64,000 nucleotides of DNA from Bacteroidales bacterium (GTDB taxonomy: Bacteria > Bacteroidota > Bacteroidia > Bacteroidales > F082). Numbering within the stretch: position 1 is the stretch's first letter; each line of letters starts with the position of its first letter. Below the pieces are notes generated by a model. The model had not been told where the DNA came from. It saw only the letters and a list, made by a program, of their open reading frames with translations, and searched no databases. The position numbers and the translations under genes are program-made. Shown in pieces: positions 1 through 7,889 of this stretch. Location: assembly GCA_017649945.1 (NCBI GenBank), contig JAGCFU010000080.1:220-64219 (forward strand). The letters run 5' to 3'.

Positions 1-63
1 CTCTTGGTTCTCACCGCTCTCGGTGCAGGATATGCCGTGGCGCGCAGGAGAAGAAACTTATAG
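1..63 (+). CDS. 3' end of a small exported protein with a Gly-rich/hydrophobic/Arg-rich C-terminal tail; paralog of 15417..15716
   Basis: Frame 1 reads LLVLTALGAGYAVARRRRNL-stop. This matches ...GSGLLILTALGAVYA of ORF 15417..15716 and is followed by a hairpin terminator. Confidence 0.4.
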   Translation, partial: LLVLTALGAGYAVARRRRNL

Positions 64-92
64 CAAATGGCAATTTAAATTTCGTGTAGTTT

Positions 93-121
93 AAGCCCGA
101 ACGTCAGTTCGGGCTTTTTTT
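93..121 (+). terminator. Rho-independent terminator
   Basis: Stem aagcccgaac / gttcgggctt with a 4-nt loop, followed by a T-run. Confidence 0.6.
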
Positions 122-122
122 G

Positions 123-437
123 TCACACAACAGGTCTTACAATCTCAATTCTTAACCCCAAAGCGTTAATGATACTGTGAAAAGTTGACAGTGTCGGATC
201 AATCATGCCGTTTTCAATTCGAGAGATGTAGCTTTTATTGGCTCCTATGCGTTTCCCCAGTTCGGATTGTGATATTTTTTCCTCTTTTCTCGCATCACGA
301 ATCACTTGTCCCATATAAAAAGCATACGCTTTTTTACGAAACTCCGTTCTCTCAGGTGTACCGACTTTGCCATATTTCTCATTCATTATGGCGTCATAAT
401 CATGAATCATATTCTCTTTTGTATTCATAGTATTCAT
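123..437 (-). CDS. XRE-family HTH protein, antitoxin-like (HigA/Gp48-like)
   Basis: 104-aa ORF with an HTH segment ISQSELGKRIGANKSYISRIENG. It lies immediately downstream of, and overlaps, a decayed RelE/Gp49-like toxin frame. Confidence 0.75.
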   Translation of the reverse strand: MNTMNTKENMIHDYDAIMNEKYGKVGTPERTEFRKKAYAFYMGQVIRDARKEEKISQSELGKRIGANKSYISRIENGMIDPTLSTFHSIINALGLRIEIVRPVV

Positions 438-622
438 TTTTAATTCTTAATGCTTTTTCAAATTCTCTTCTAAGCGTGTTTTTTGATTTTTTTTGAAAAC
501 CGTTGAATAAAACAACAATATTCCCTTTGTCAAAAATAAAAAACACTCTGTAAATGTTCCGTATTCAATGATTCGATAAAATCCTTGAAATAATCTCCAA
601 AATAAATAATTTTTCTTTCCAT
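400..622 (-). pseudogene. Decayed RelE/ParE (phage Gp49/HigB-like) toxin gene
   Basis: The minus strand reads MERKIIYFGDYFKDFIESLNTEHLQSVFYF-stop. One frame over it continues FFDKGNIVVLFNGFQKKSKNTLRREFEKALRIKNEYYEYK. This fits a family of roughly 100 aa with the central part missing and a frameshift near 530. Confidence 0.5.
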
Positions 623-792
623 TGCAAAATTATAAAAAGTTTCAATATGTTACAACATATTTTAAATCTTTTAACTGAAAAATGGAATTATGTGCTTGAA
701 ATATCAAGATCTCACAAATTCCGTTTTTGATTTTCCGGCTACAAAATTACAACAAAAATTCAATGCTGCAACTGGTTTTTGAATAAAAAAAT

Positions 793-818
793 AAGGAGCG
801 GACAATTATCCGCTCCTT
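793..818 (-). terminator. Hairpin terminator downstream of arcA
   Basis: Stem aaggagcgg / ccgctcctt, followed on the minus strand by a T-run (plus-strand aaaaaaat at 784-792). Confidence 0.5.
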
Positions 819-831
819 ATGAAATTTTCTG

Positions 832-2073
832 TTACCACTGCACGGGCTGTCGCTTCAGCGGCATCGTCATGCATCGTGCGCCGCCGCCGCCACGTGAGAG
901 CTCGTTGCCCTCGAAAGCGACCACGCAACGCTTGTAATCGTCGACGCTGACCTTTCCTGATGCCACGTCGGCGGCTTTAAGCACCTCGAAACCGTTCTGG
1001 TTCAAGGCTTCTATAGTGTTGTAGTTTCTTGCATATCCCAACACCTTGCCAGGGGCGAAGGCGAAGAAATTGGCTCCGCTGTGCCACTGCTCGCGCGGCC
1101 CGAAATACTCGTCACCGCCACCGCAGAAGATAGGCTCGAGGTTCATGCCGAGCTTGCCCAACGCCTCAATGAGGTTCGTTTCCTCAGTGATTTTCGTGTA
1201 TTCATGCCCCTTCACCTCGTAATGCACAGTCTTGAAGTCGTCGTTCATAATCACCGGCTTGTACGCCATGCAACGGTCTCTGTCTAAGAACGTGAACACC
1301 ATGTCGAGATGGATGAACGACTCAGGCTCCAACGGCAGCTCCTGCGTGATGAGATGACGCACGCCGCCAAGACTTCTCAGATGGTCGAGCAATGCCTGGA
1401 CGCCTTCTTTGCTCGTTCTGGCACCGCAGCCGCTCAAAATGATGTCGTGACGCGCTATCTCGACGTCGCCACCCTCAATGGAACCGATGCCATTCTTGCT
1501 GTAACGGTTAATCGGGTCGACGGCCTCAACATCAATGATGCTTGAATTGTTGAAGATTGCATTCCAAATCATCGTCTCACGGTCACGCACGTCGGTGGCC
1601 ATCTTGCTGATTATCACGTTGTTGTACATCGTGAGCGCAGCGTCTCTCATGAAGAAGAGGTTCGGAATAGGAGGGAAGATGTAACGTTCCTTGAGGCTCT
1701 TGTTGTCGTAGCCCTCGATGAACGCCGTCGCCAGTTTCTCGGCATCGAAATCCAAAAACAACTCTTTGAGATATTGCAGGTTCTCTCTTGCGCAAATGCT
1801 GGCTATGAGGCTTTCCTTGACGTCTTTGTTTTTAAGTATGTCTACCAACAAATCCTTGAAATACAATACGTTGGTGACTTTCTTCAGGCTTCCTTCAAAG
1901 TCTTTGTAGTTCTCCAACGCTTCACGATGGTTTAGGATGTCACTGAAAAGGAATTTGTGGGCGTTTTCCGGTGTCATATGCTCAATCTCCTCGCCGGGAG
2001 CATGCAAAATGACATAATCTAATTTACCAATTTCTGATTCAACACACGGTTTTACGCATCGAAAATAATCCAT
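832..2073 (-). CDS. arcA: Arginine deiminase
   Basis: 413 aa with the amidinotransferase-fold C-terminus ...GGGGARCMTMPL containing the catalytic Cys, and overall ADI-like sequence. Confidence 0.8.
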   Translation of the reverse strand: MDYFRCVKPCVESEIGKLDYVILHAPGEEIEHMTPENAHKFLFSDILNHREALENYKDFEGSLKKVTNVLYFKDLLVDILKNKDVKESLIASICARENLQYLKELFLDFDAEKLATAFIEGYDNKSLKERYIFPPIPNLFFMRDAALTMYNNVIISKMATDVRDRETMIWNAIFNNSSIIDVEAVDPINRYSKNGIGSIEGGDVEIARHDIILSGCGARTSKEGVQALLDHLRSLGGVRHLITQELPLEPESFIHLDMVFTFLDRDRCMAYKPVIMNDDFKTVHYEVKGHEYTKITEETNLIEALGKLGMNLEPIFCGGGDEYFGPREQWHSGANFFAFAPGKVLGYARNYNTIEALNQNGFEVLKAADVASGKVSVDDYKRCVVAFEGNELSRGGGGARCMTMPLKRQPVQW

Positions 2074-2096
2074 AAAGTATTTTTTTAATTAGACTG

Positions 2097-2104
2097 CAAA
2101 AATA
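2097..2104 (-). promoter_or_regulatory. Bacteroidetes -7 promoter box (TATTTTTG) for arcA
   Basis: Matches TAnnTTTG about 24 nt upstream of the ATG at 2073. Confidence 0.5.
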
Positions 2105-2130
2105 CAACTTTTTTTTGAAAAAAGAAAAAA

Positions 2131-2646
2131 TTAATAAAGTTCAATGAACTCGTACCTGTTTCCCATCGCGTCTAAAAACTTCACCAAATCTGTGGTCTTG
2201 ATGACGCATGTCCCTGTATTTTCGTTGGGATGGAAGCTGATATACTCGCGGTCGAGCAGGTTCTTGTCGAGATACAGATACACGTGGTGCTCCTCGTCGT
2301 TGATGATGCCGAAGGGGGAGACGCTGCCCGGTTTCAAGCCGAGATATTTGTCCATGCGCGCCTCAGAGGCGAAGCTGAGCTTGCCCTGTTTCAGACGATG
2401 CTCCAAATCGTGGATGGCAAGCTGCTGCATGCAGTCGAAAATCACCAGATAATGGCGGTTCCCCTTGTGATTCCTGAAAAACAGGTTCTTGCAGTGCGTC
2501 CACTCGAACTTGCCCCAGTAACTCAGCGCGTCCTCAATGGTCGGGAGCGCCGGATGAAATATCAGCTTAAACGGGATTCCCAACTCGTTCAGCTTGTCGA
2601 CGACCTTTTTCTGTCTTTCCGATAACTCGTGATTAATCTCTGTCAT
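2131..2646 (-). CDS. YbaK/ProX-type aminoacyl-tRNA deacylase domain protein
   Basis: Sequence is prolyl-tRNA-synthetase-associated/YbaK-like (HCKNLFF..., GLKPGSVSPFG). The start is moved to MTEINHEL (2646) because the ORF's N-terminal extension runs into a palindromic repeat. Confidence 0.7.
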   Translation of the reverse strand: MTEINHELSERQKKVVDKLNELGIPFKLIFHPALPTIEDALSYWGKFEWTHCKNLFFRNHKGNRHYLVIFDCMQQLAIHDLEHRLKQGKLSFASEARMDKYLGLKPGSVSPFGIINDEEHHVYLYLDKNLLDREYISFHPNENTGTCVIKTTDLVKFLDAMGNRYEFIELY

Positions 2647-2661
2647 AACATTCAATAAAAC

Positions 2662-2797
2662 CGTCATTTCGAGCGAAGTCGAGAAATCACCGCCATCTAA
2701 TTGCTGCAGATAATTCAAATGCCGGAGATTTATTCACCAAGGTGAATGCTTTCGCAAGCTCAGGTCTCCATTCCGCTTCGCTTCAGTCGAAATGACG
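2662..2797. repeat. Palindromic intergenic repeat, family A, copy 1
   Basis: Left arm is cgtcatttcgagcgaagtcgagaaatc and right arm is ctccattccgcttcgcttcagtcgaaatgacg. Related copies occur at 47852..47950 and 48577..48615. Confidence 0.7.
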
Positions 2798-2799
2798 AG

Positions 2800-3768
2800 T
2801 TATTTAAATATTTCCTTAATTCCTCCGATGCTTCCCAGCAGATTCGTTGCCTCGTAAGGGATGTAAACCGTCTTGTTATCCTTACCGCTGGTCATCTCCT
2901 TCAGAGTCTCGATGTATTTCGTCGCGAGCAGATACGATGCCGGGTCGGTCTTCGTCGCCTTGATGGCGTCAGCAACCAGCTGGATAGCCTTAGCCTCGGC
3001 TTCAGCCTGCATGATCTTGGCCTTCGCAACACCTTCAGCCTCAAGCAATGTCGACTGTTTTACAGCTTCGGCCTTGTTGATTGCCGATGTCTTTTCACCT
3101 TCTGAATTCAAGATTGCCGACTGTTTCTCACCTTCAGCCTTCAAAATCTCGGCACGACGGTTACGTTCAGCCTGCATCTGCTTCTCCATTGCCTGACGTA
3201 CTGTTTCAGGTGGTGTAATGTCTTGAAGCTCAACGCGATTAACCTTGACGCCCCATTTGTTTGTGGCATCGTCCAAAACGGCGCGAAGCTTGGCGTTTAT
3301 TGTATCACGTGATGTCAATGTCTCATCGAGTTCGAGCTCGCCGATGACGTTACGAAGCGTGGTCTGTGTCAGCTTTTCGATAGCATTCGGCAGGTTGTCA
3401 ATCTCATAAACCGACTTTATCGGGTCGACAATCTGGAAATACAGCAATGCGTTGATTTCTGTCGTGACGTTATCTTTTGTAATCACGTTCTGTTTAGGGA
3501 AGTCGTACACCTGCTCGCGGAGGTCGATTCTGGCGGTCTCGCTCATGCGCACTATTTGCCGGCCTTGATAGCCGTCGACAACCTTTCTTGTGATGATGAT
3601 TTTCGGGCGGTCGATGATAGGCCAGATGATATTGAGACCTGCAGGAAGCACCTTATGGAACTTGCCCAGGCGTTCGATTACTTTTGTTTCCGACTGTGGG
3701 ACGACCTTCAGTCCTGCCAATGCGAATATGATAACTATCGCAGCTATTACAATTACAACGTAAATCAT
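2800..3768 (-). CDS. SPFH/Band-7 (stomatin/paraslipin-like) protein
   Basis: 322 aa with an N-terminal TM segment, SPFH core sequence and a C-terminal coiled coil. It is paired with an upstream NfeD gene. Confidence 0.85.
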   Translation of the reverse strand: MIYVVIVIAAIVIIFALAGLKVVPQSETKVIERLGKFHKVLPAGLNIIWPIIDRPKIIITRKVVDGYQGRQIVRMSETARIDLREQVYDFPKQNVITKDNVTTEINALLYFQIVDPIKSVYEIDNLPNAIEKLTQTTLRNVIGELELDETLTSRDTINAKLRAVLDDATNKWGVKVNRVELQDITPPETVRQAMEKQMQAERNRRAEILKAEGEKQSAILNSEGEKTSAINKAEAVKQSTLLEAEGVAKAKIMQAEAEAKAIQLVADAIKATKTDPASYLLATKYIETLKEMTSGKDNKTVYIPYEATNLLGSIGGIKEIFK

Positions 3769-3770
3769 GA

Positions 3771-4208
3771 TTATAGTTTTTTAACGGTTAATATTATGCT
3801 TTCAAATGATTCTATCCGGACTTTCTCGCCGACTTCGGCTGCCGCACCGTCTGCTGTCTGCGCTTTCCAGTCGTCGCCGTCGATTTTAACGCGGCCGTAA
3901 CCGTTTCCCTCGATGCGTTCAGTGACAACGGCGGTCTTCCCGATGATGTTGTCCATATTGGTTTTAATGTGATTGTCGTTGGTCTTTTTGTCAAGATACC
4001 TCATCACTACCGGACGAATCAGAATGAACGAGAGGAATGTTCCGATGGCGAACGCCACCACCTGCCATGTGAGCGACAAATCGCATGCCGCCAATATTGC
4101 GCCAAACACGCAACCTACTGAGAAACAAGCGACTGCGAATCCTGAGGTGAAGATTTCAATCACCACGAACACAGCCGCAACCAGTAACCAAATCTGCCAA
4201 ATAGTCAT
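3771..4208 (-). CDS. NfeD-family membrane protein
   Basis: 145 aa with a hydrophobic N-terminal half and an OB-like C-terminus (GRVKIDGDDWKA). Classic NfeD-SPFH operon arrangement. Confidence 0.8.
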   Translation of the reverse strand: MTIWQIWLLVAAVFVVIEIFTSGFAVACFSVGCVFGAILAACDLSLTWQVVAFAIGTFLSFILIRPVVMRYLDKKTNDNHIKTNMDNIIGKTAVVTERIEGNGYGRVKIDGDDWKAQTADGAAAEVGEKVRIESFESIILTVKKL

Positions 4209-4233
4209 AATATTTAAATTTTAAATCAGTATG

Positions 4234-4241
4234 CAAAAATA
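4234..4241 (-). promoter_or_regulatory. -7 promoter box (TATTTTTG) for the nfeD-SPFH operon
   Basis: Matches TAnnTTTG about 26 nt upstream of the ATG at 4208. Confidence 0.5.
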
Positions 4242-4252
4242 CAAATCATTTT

Positions 4253-5134
4253 TCAAATTTCAAAATTTTTCGGAAAAGGAGTCTCAAATTTTAAATCTTC
4301 GCCTGTTATAGGGTGGATGAAGCACAATTTATATGCATGCAGTCCCAAACGCCCGATTTTATCGTCACCGTCGCCGTATTTCGGGTCACCGACGACAGGG
4401 AAACCGATGTCTTGCAAGTGAACGCGGATCTGGTTCTTGCGTCCGGTGTCCAATCGAAGCTCGACGAGAGAGTATCCGTCCGACACCTTTATTAATTTAT
4501 AGTGTGTCGTCGCAAACTTGCCGCCGTTGTCGGTCTTGCTCGAATATGTCACAAACTGCGCGTTGTCCTTGAGCCATGAGCTTATCGCGCCTTCTTTTTT
4601 GTGCATCTCGCCGTGCACTAGCGCCACATAGCGGCGGTCGTAAACCGTCTCTTTCCAGTTTTCCTCGAATTTCAGCGCCACTTTTTTGTCTTTCGCAAAC
4701 AAAAGCAGCCCCGAAGTGTCTCTGTCCAAACGATGTATCGTGTGCGCGTGACATTTCTGATGGTTCCGCTCAAGATACTGGTTCAGGATGCCTTGCACCG
4801 TCTCCTCGTCGGTATGCGGCGAATTACAAAGGATTCCGCTGCGTTTCTCGACAACAAAAAGATACTGGTCTTCGTACACTATCCTCACCCAATGACTGTT
4901 CAGAGGCTCGCCTGTCTGGTTACGCCCGATCTTCACTTCCATGCCCGGCTTAAGCTCAAAATCATGCTGTGTAACCTTCTTGCCATCGATAACGATTGAG
5001 CCGCCCGAAAGGATGTTCTTGGCCTTGTTGCGACTGATTCCGTTCATCTTCTTCATCACGAACGGTAAAAGCGTGTCGGTTTCCAATACCTTGAAAATCA
5101 AATCTTTAGGTTTGTTGTCTTTCTTGTTTTGCAT
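4253..5134 (-). CDS. RluA-family pseudouridine synthase with an S4 domain
   Basis: Contains the catalytic motif HRLDRDTSGLLLFAK and an N-terminal S4-like RNA-binding region. Confidence 0.85.
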   Translation of the reverse strand: MQNKKDNKPKDLIFKVLETDTLLPFVMKKMNGISRNKAKNILSGGSIVIDGKKVTQHDFELKPGMEVKIGRNQTGEPLNSHWVRIVYEDQYLFVVEKRSGILCNSPHTDEETVQGILNQYLERNHQKCHAHTIHRLDRDTSGLLLFAKDKKVALKFEENWKETVYDRRYVALVHGEMHKKEGAISSWLKDNAQFVTYSSKTDNGGKFATTHYKLIKVSDGYSLVELRLDTGRKNQIRVHLQDIGFPVVGDPKYGDGDDKIGRLGLHAYKLCFIHPITGEDLKFETPFPKNFEI

Positions 5135-5191
5135 AGGAAAAATTATTTACACAAAAATATTAAAAAATTTTCAAACTTCAAGAAAAATGTA

Positions 5192-5199
5192 TAAATTTG
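5192..5199 (+). promoter_or_regulatory. -7 promoter box (TAAATTTG) for the transketolase genes
   Basis: Matches TAnnTTTG about 40 nt upstream of the ATG at 5239. Confidence 0.5.
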
Positions 5200-5238
5200 C
5201 AAAAGAAAACGAATTATTTAAAACACTTAGATAATATT

Positions 5239-6081
5239 ATGACTATCAATGAGTTAAAAGATGTCGCGTCGCAAGTCAGACGTGATATTATCCGAATGGT
5301 TCATGGTTGTCAGTCGGGACATCCGGGCGGCTCGCTCGGTGCCACCGATGTTGTGACGGCTTTGTATTTCGACCAGATGCAAATCGACCCGAAGAACTTC
5401 AAGATGGACGGGGCAGGTGAGGACATGTTTTTCCTTTCCAACGGTCACATCAGCCCGATGCTGTATAGCATTCTGGCTCGCCGCGGTTATTTCCCTGTAA
5501 GCGAGCTCGCCACCTTCCGTCGCTTGGGCACTCGTCTCCAGGGGCACCCGACACCGGTAGAAGGTCTCCCGGGCATCCGCGTGGCAAGCGGCTCGCTCGG
5601 TCAGGGGCTCTCTGTGGCGGCAGGCGTCGCACAGGCTAAGAAACTCAACGGCGACAACTATCTCGTGTTCTGTCTCATGGGCGACGGCGAACAGGAGGAA
5701 GGTCAGATCTGGGAAGCCGTGATGTATGTGCCGGCAAAGAACGTCGACAACCTCGTGGCAATCGTCGATTACAACAAGAAACAGATCGACGGCAGCACCG
5801 ACGACGTGATGAATCTCGGCGACCTCCGTGCGAAATACGAATCATTCGGATGGAAAGTGTATGAATGCAACGGCAACGACATGCAGCAAGTTGTTGATAC
5901 TCTTAATATTACACGTCAGAACGCTCACAAAGGCCAGGCGCAGGTCATCCTCGCTCACACCGAAATGGGCTGTGGCGTCGACTTCATGATGGGAACGCAT
6001 AAATGGCACGGCACGCCACCTAACGACGAGCAAGCCGCGAACGCTCTTTCACAACTTAAAGAAACACTGGGAGATTATTAA
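5239..6081 (+). CDS. Transketolase, N-terminal (TPP-binding) subunit
   Basis: Carries GHPGGSLG, a GDG..EG TPP-binding motif and the split-transketolase layout. The start is set at MTINELK. Confidence 0.85.
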   Translation: MTINELKDVASQVRRDIIRMVHGCQSGHPGGSLGATDVVTALYFDQMQIDPKNFKMDGAGEDMFFLSNGHISPMLYSILARRGYFPVSELATFRRLGTRLQGHPTPVEGLPGIRVASGSLGQGLSVAAGVAQAKKLNGDNYLVFCLMGDGEQEEGQIWEAVMYVPAKNVDNLVAIVDYNKKQIDGSTDDVMNLGDLRAKYESFGWKVYECNGNDMQQVVDTLNITRQNAHKGQAQVILAHTEMGCGVDFMMGTHKWHGTPPNDEQAANALSQLKETLGDY

Positions 6082-6083
6082 TT

Positions 6084-7034
6084 ATGAAGATAGAAGTTCA
6101 AAACTACAAAGATACAAGAAGCGGTTTCGGCGACGGTCTGCTCGAAGCCGGAAAACGTAATCCTAAGGTTGTCGGCCTCACCGCTGACCTCACCGGCTCG
6201 CTGAAGATGGGCGATTTCGCCAAGGCATTTCCTGAGAGATTCTTCCAAGTAGGCATCGCTGAAGCTAACATGGTCGGCATCGCGGCAGGATTAGCCATCG
6301 GAGGCTACATCCCGTTCACCGGAACATTCGCCAACTTCTCATCGGCGCGCATCTACGACCAGATTCGCATGGTGGTGGCTTATTCCAACAAAAACGTGAA
6401 AATCTGCGCGTCGCACGCCGGCGTGACATTAGGTGAAGACGGCGCTACACACCAGACTCTCGAAGATGTCGGAATGATGAAGATGTTACCTAACATGACG
6501 GTTCTCGTGCCTTGCGACTACAACCAGACCAAGGCTGCAACAATAGCCGCCGCTGAGCTCAACGGACCGGTATACCTGCGTTTCGGTCGCCCGAAAGTGG
6601 CAAACTTCACCCCGGCCGACGAGCCATTTATAATAGGTAAGGCACAGATGATTCAGGAAGGCACCGACGTTTCTATCTTCGCTTGCGGTCACCTCGTGTG
6701 GAAAGCTATCGAGGCGCTCCCGATTCTGAAGGAGATGGGAATCAACGCGGAGCTCATCAATATACACACTATCAAGCCGTTGGATGTCGAGGCAGTGTTG
6801 AAGTCAGTTGCAAAGACAGGCTGCGTGGTGACAGCAGAAGAGCACATGCGCAACGGCGGTCTCGGCGACAGCATCGCACAGGTCCTCGCCTTGAACAACC
6901 CACGTCCGCTTGAGATGGTCGCCGTCAACGACGTCTTCGGTCAGAGCGGCACTCCTGATGAGCTGCTGAAGCACTATCATCTCGACACTCCGGACATCGT
7001 GGAGGCGGTGAAGAAAGTTATTGCGAGAAAGTAA
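6084..7034 (+). CDS. Transketolase, C-terminal (pyrimidine-binding) subunit
   Basis: 316 aa with the FQVGIAEANMVGIAAGLA motif, directly following the N-terminal subunit. Confidence 0.85.
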   Translation: MKIEVQNYKDTRSGFGDGLLEAGKRNPKVVGLTADLTGSLKMGDFAKAFPERFFQVGIAEANMVGIAAGLAIGGYIPFTGTFANFSSARIYDQIRMVVAYSNKNVKICASHAGVTLGEDGATHQTLEDVGMMKMLPNMTVLVPCDYNQTKAATIAAAELNGPVYLRFGRPKVANFTPADEPFIIGKAQMIQEGTDVSIFACGHLVWKAIEALPILKEMGINAELINIHTIKPLDVEAVLKSVAKTGCVVTAEEHMRNGGLGDSIAQVLALNNPRPLEMVAVNDVFGQSGTPDELLKHYHLDTPDIVEAVKKVIARK

Positions 7035-7050
7035 AACTTACTTATTAATA

Positions 7051-7121
7051 TTTTTAATGCCATTCGCAGAATTACGACTTACCACAGGGTACTGAGAGTA
7101 ATTCGAGAATGGCATTAAAAA
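7051..7121. repeat. Long-hairpin intergenic repeat, family B, copy 1
   Basis: The stems tttttaatgccattc...gaatggcattaaaaa enclose gaattac...gtaattc and the apical sequence taccacagggtactg. The second copy is at 48624..48694. Confidence 0.65.
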
Positions 7122-7124
7122 TGT

Positions 7125-7465
7125 CTAAAAGCTAAAAAGGATGTCGCTTTTGGTTCTCTCAAGTGCTTTTTGCAAACTGGTTAAATGCTTTTGAAATATT
7201 TCCTCATTTGCAAACAACCTTTTGTTCATAAACCAAAACGAGCCATATTTCATTGAAAATTTCTGAATCATCTGAGTACGCACGGCTATCTCAATGTGTT
7301 GAATGGAGCTAAAGAGAAGTGTTTTAAGTTCGCTGTCAAATTGATAAAGTGCAAGCACATTACTTAAATGGCAGTAGCTTCGCATTCATCATCAATAATT
7401 AGTCCGCGCTGTTTTAATGTTTCAATTTGTTGCGCAACGGTAATAGGTTTCTTAGTGTACTCCAT
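7125..7465 (-). pseudogene. Truncated, frameshifted Abi_2 (AbiD/AbiF-like) abortive-infection gene
   Basis: The minus strand reads MEYTKKPITVAQQIETLKQRGLIIDDECEATAI-stop. In another frame it continues SYCHLSNVLALYQFDSELKTLLFSSIQHIEIAVRTQ.... By recollection, full-length family members are several-fold longer than this remnant. Confidence 0.55.
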
Positions 7466-7469
7466 AGTA

Positions 7470-7525
7470 TAAAAAAATAAAACGTCCCGCCCTGGTGCGC
7501 TGTTCAGCGGGAAGCGTGGCGGGAA
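7470..7525 (-). terminator. GC-rich hairpin plus U-run between the promoter box and the Abi pseudogene start
   Basis: On the minus strand, stem tcccgcc...ggcggga is followed by gttttattttttt. Confidence 0.4.
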
Positions 7526-7536
7526 CTATCCGACTG

Positions 7537-7544
7537 CAAAAATA
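7537..7544 (-). promoter_or_regulatory. -7 promoter box (TATTTTTG)
   Basis: Matches TAnnTTTG. A 24-nt stretch around it is identical to the arcA promoter region (gactgcaaaaatacaacttttttt). Confidence 0.4.
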
Positions 7545-7608
7545 CAACTTTTTTTCATTTATGTAATCTTTTTATAGAAAAAATCTTTTTTTTTTCAAAA
7601 AACATTTC

Positions 7609-7616
7609 TATCTTTG
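7609..7616 (+). promoter_or_regulatory. -7 promoter box (TATCTTTG) upstream of the exported-protein cluster leader
   Basis: Matches TAnnTTTG about 275 nt upstream of the ATG at 7890. Confidence 0.45.
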
Positions 7617-7704
7617 CAGTCGCATTGTAAAACAAAAATATCATGTAGAAAAACAAACTGACATACATAAAAAAATAGCGTTTGTGCTATTCCTTGAAGC
7701 TCAA

Positions 7705-7793
7705 TTTCCACAAGTCTTAACTGACAACCAATCAAGGGACAGTTCACAAACGCCGTATTTAGGTACGGCGTGGAACAACTTGTTTGATTGGTG
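7705..7793 (+). promoter_or_regulatory. Structured 5' leader with nested helices and alternative pairing segments
   Basis: Helices are ccaatcaa (7728-7735) / ttgattgg (7784-7791) and acgccgta (7750-7757) / tacggcgt (7764-7771). The segments tttccac (7705-7711) and gcgtggaac (7768-7776) can compete with the terminator arms. Confidence 0.4.
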
Positions 7794-7794
7794 G

Positions 7795-7840
7795 GCGTGG
7801 AAACCCGAGCTTCGGCAAGTTGGTTTCCACGCTTTTTTTT
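7795..7840 (+). terminator. Intrinsic terminator inside the leader, 50 nt before the 7890 start codon
   Basis: Stem gcgtggaaacc / ggtttccacgc followed by eight T. Confidence 0.6.
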
Positions 7841-7889
7841 ATGTCTTTTTAGGAATAACTAATCAACATTAACTAATAATTATTTACAA

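Noticed and set aside
2105-2130. A/T-run near-palindromes (also ~7577..7606 and ~31986..32006) considered as more copies of the 44055/44759 palindrome
   Set aside because: They share only T-run/A-run composition, not the TAC...GTA ends or the TCAAG centre. They are probably generic AT-rich promoter-upstream tracts.
7684-7872. 62-aa ORF in the leader upstream of 7890
   Set aside because: It starts at a GTG and reads straight through the helices and the intrinsic terminator. A structured RNA explains the region better.
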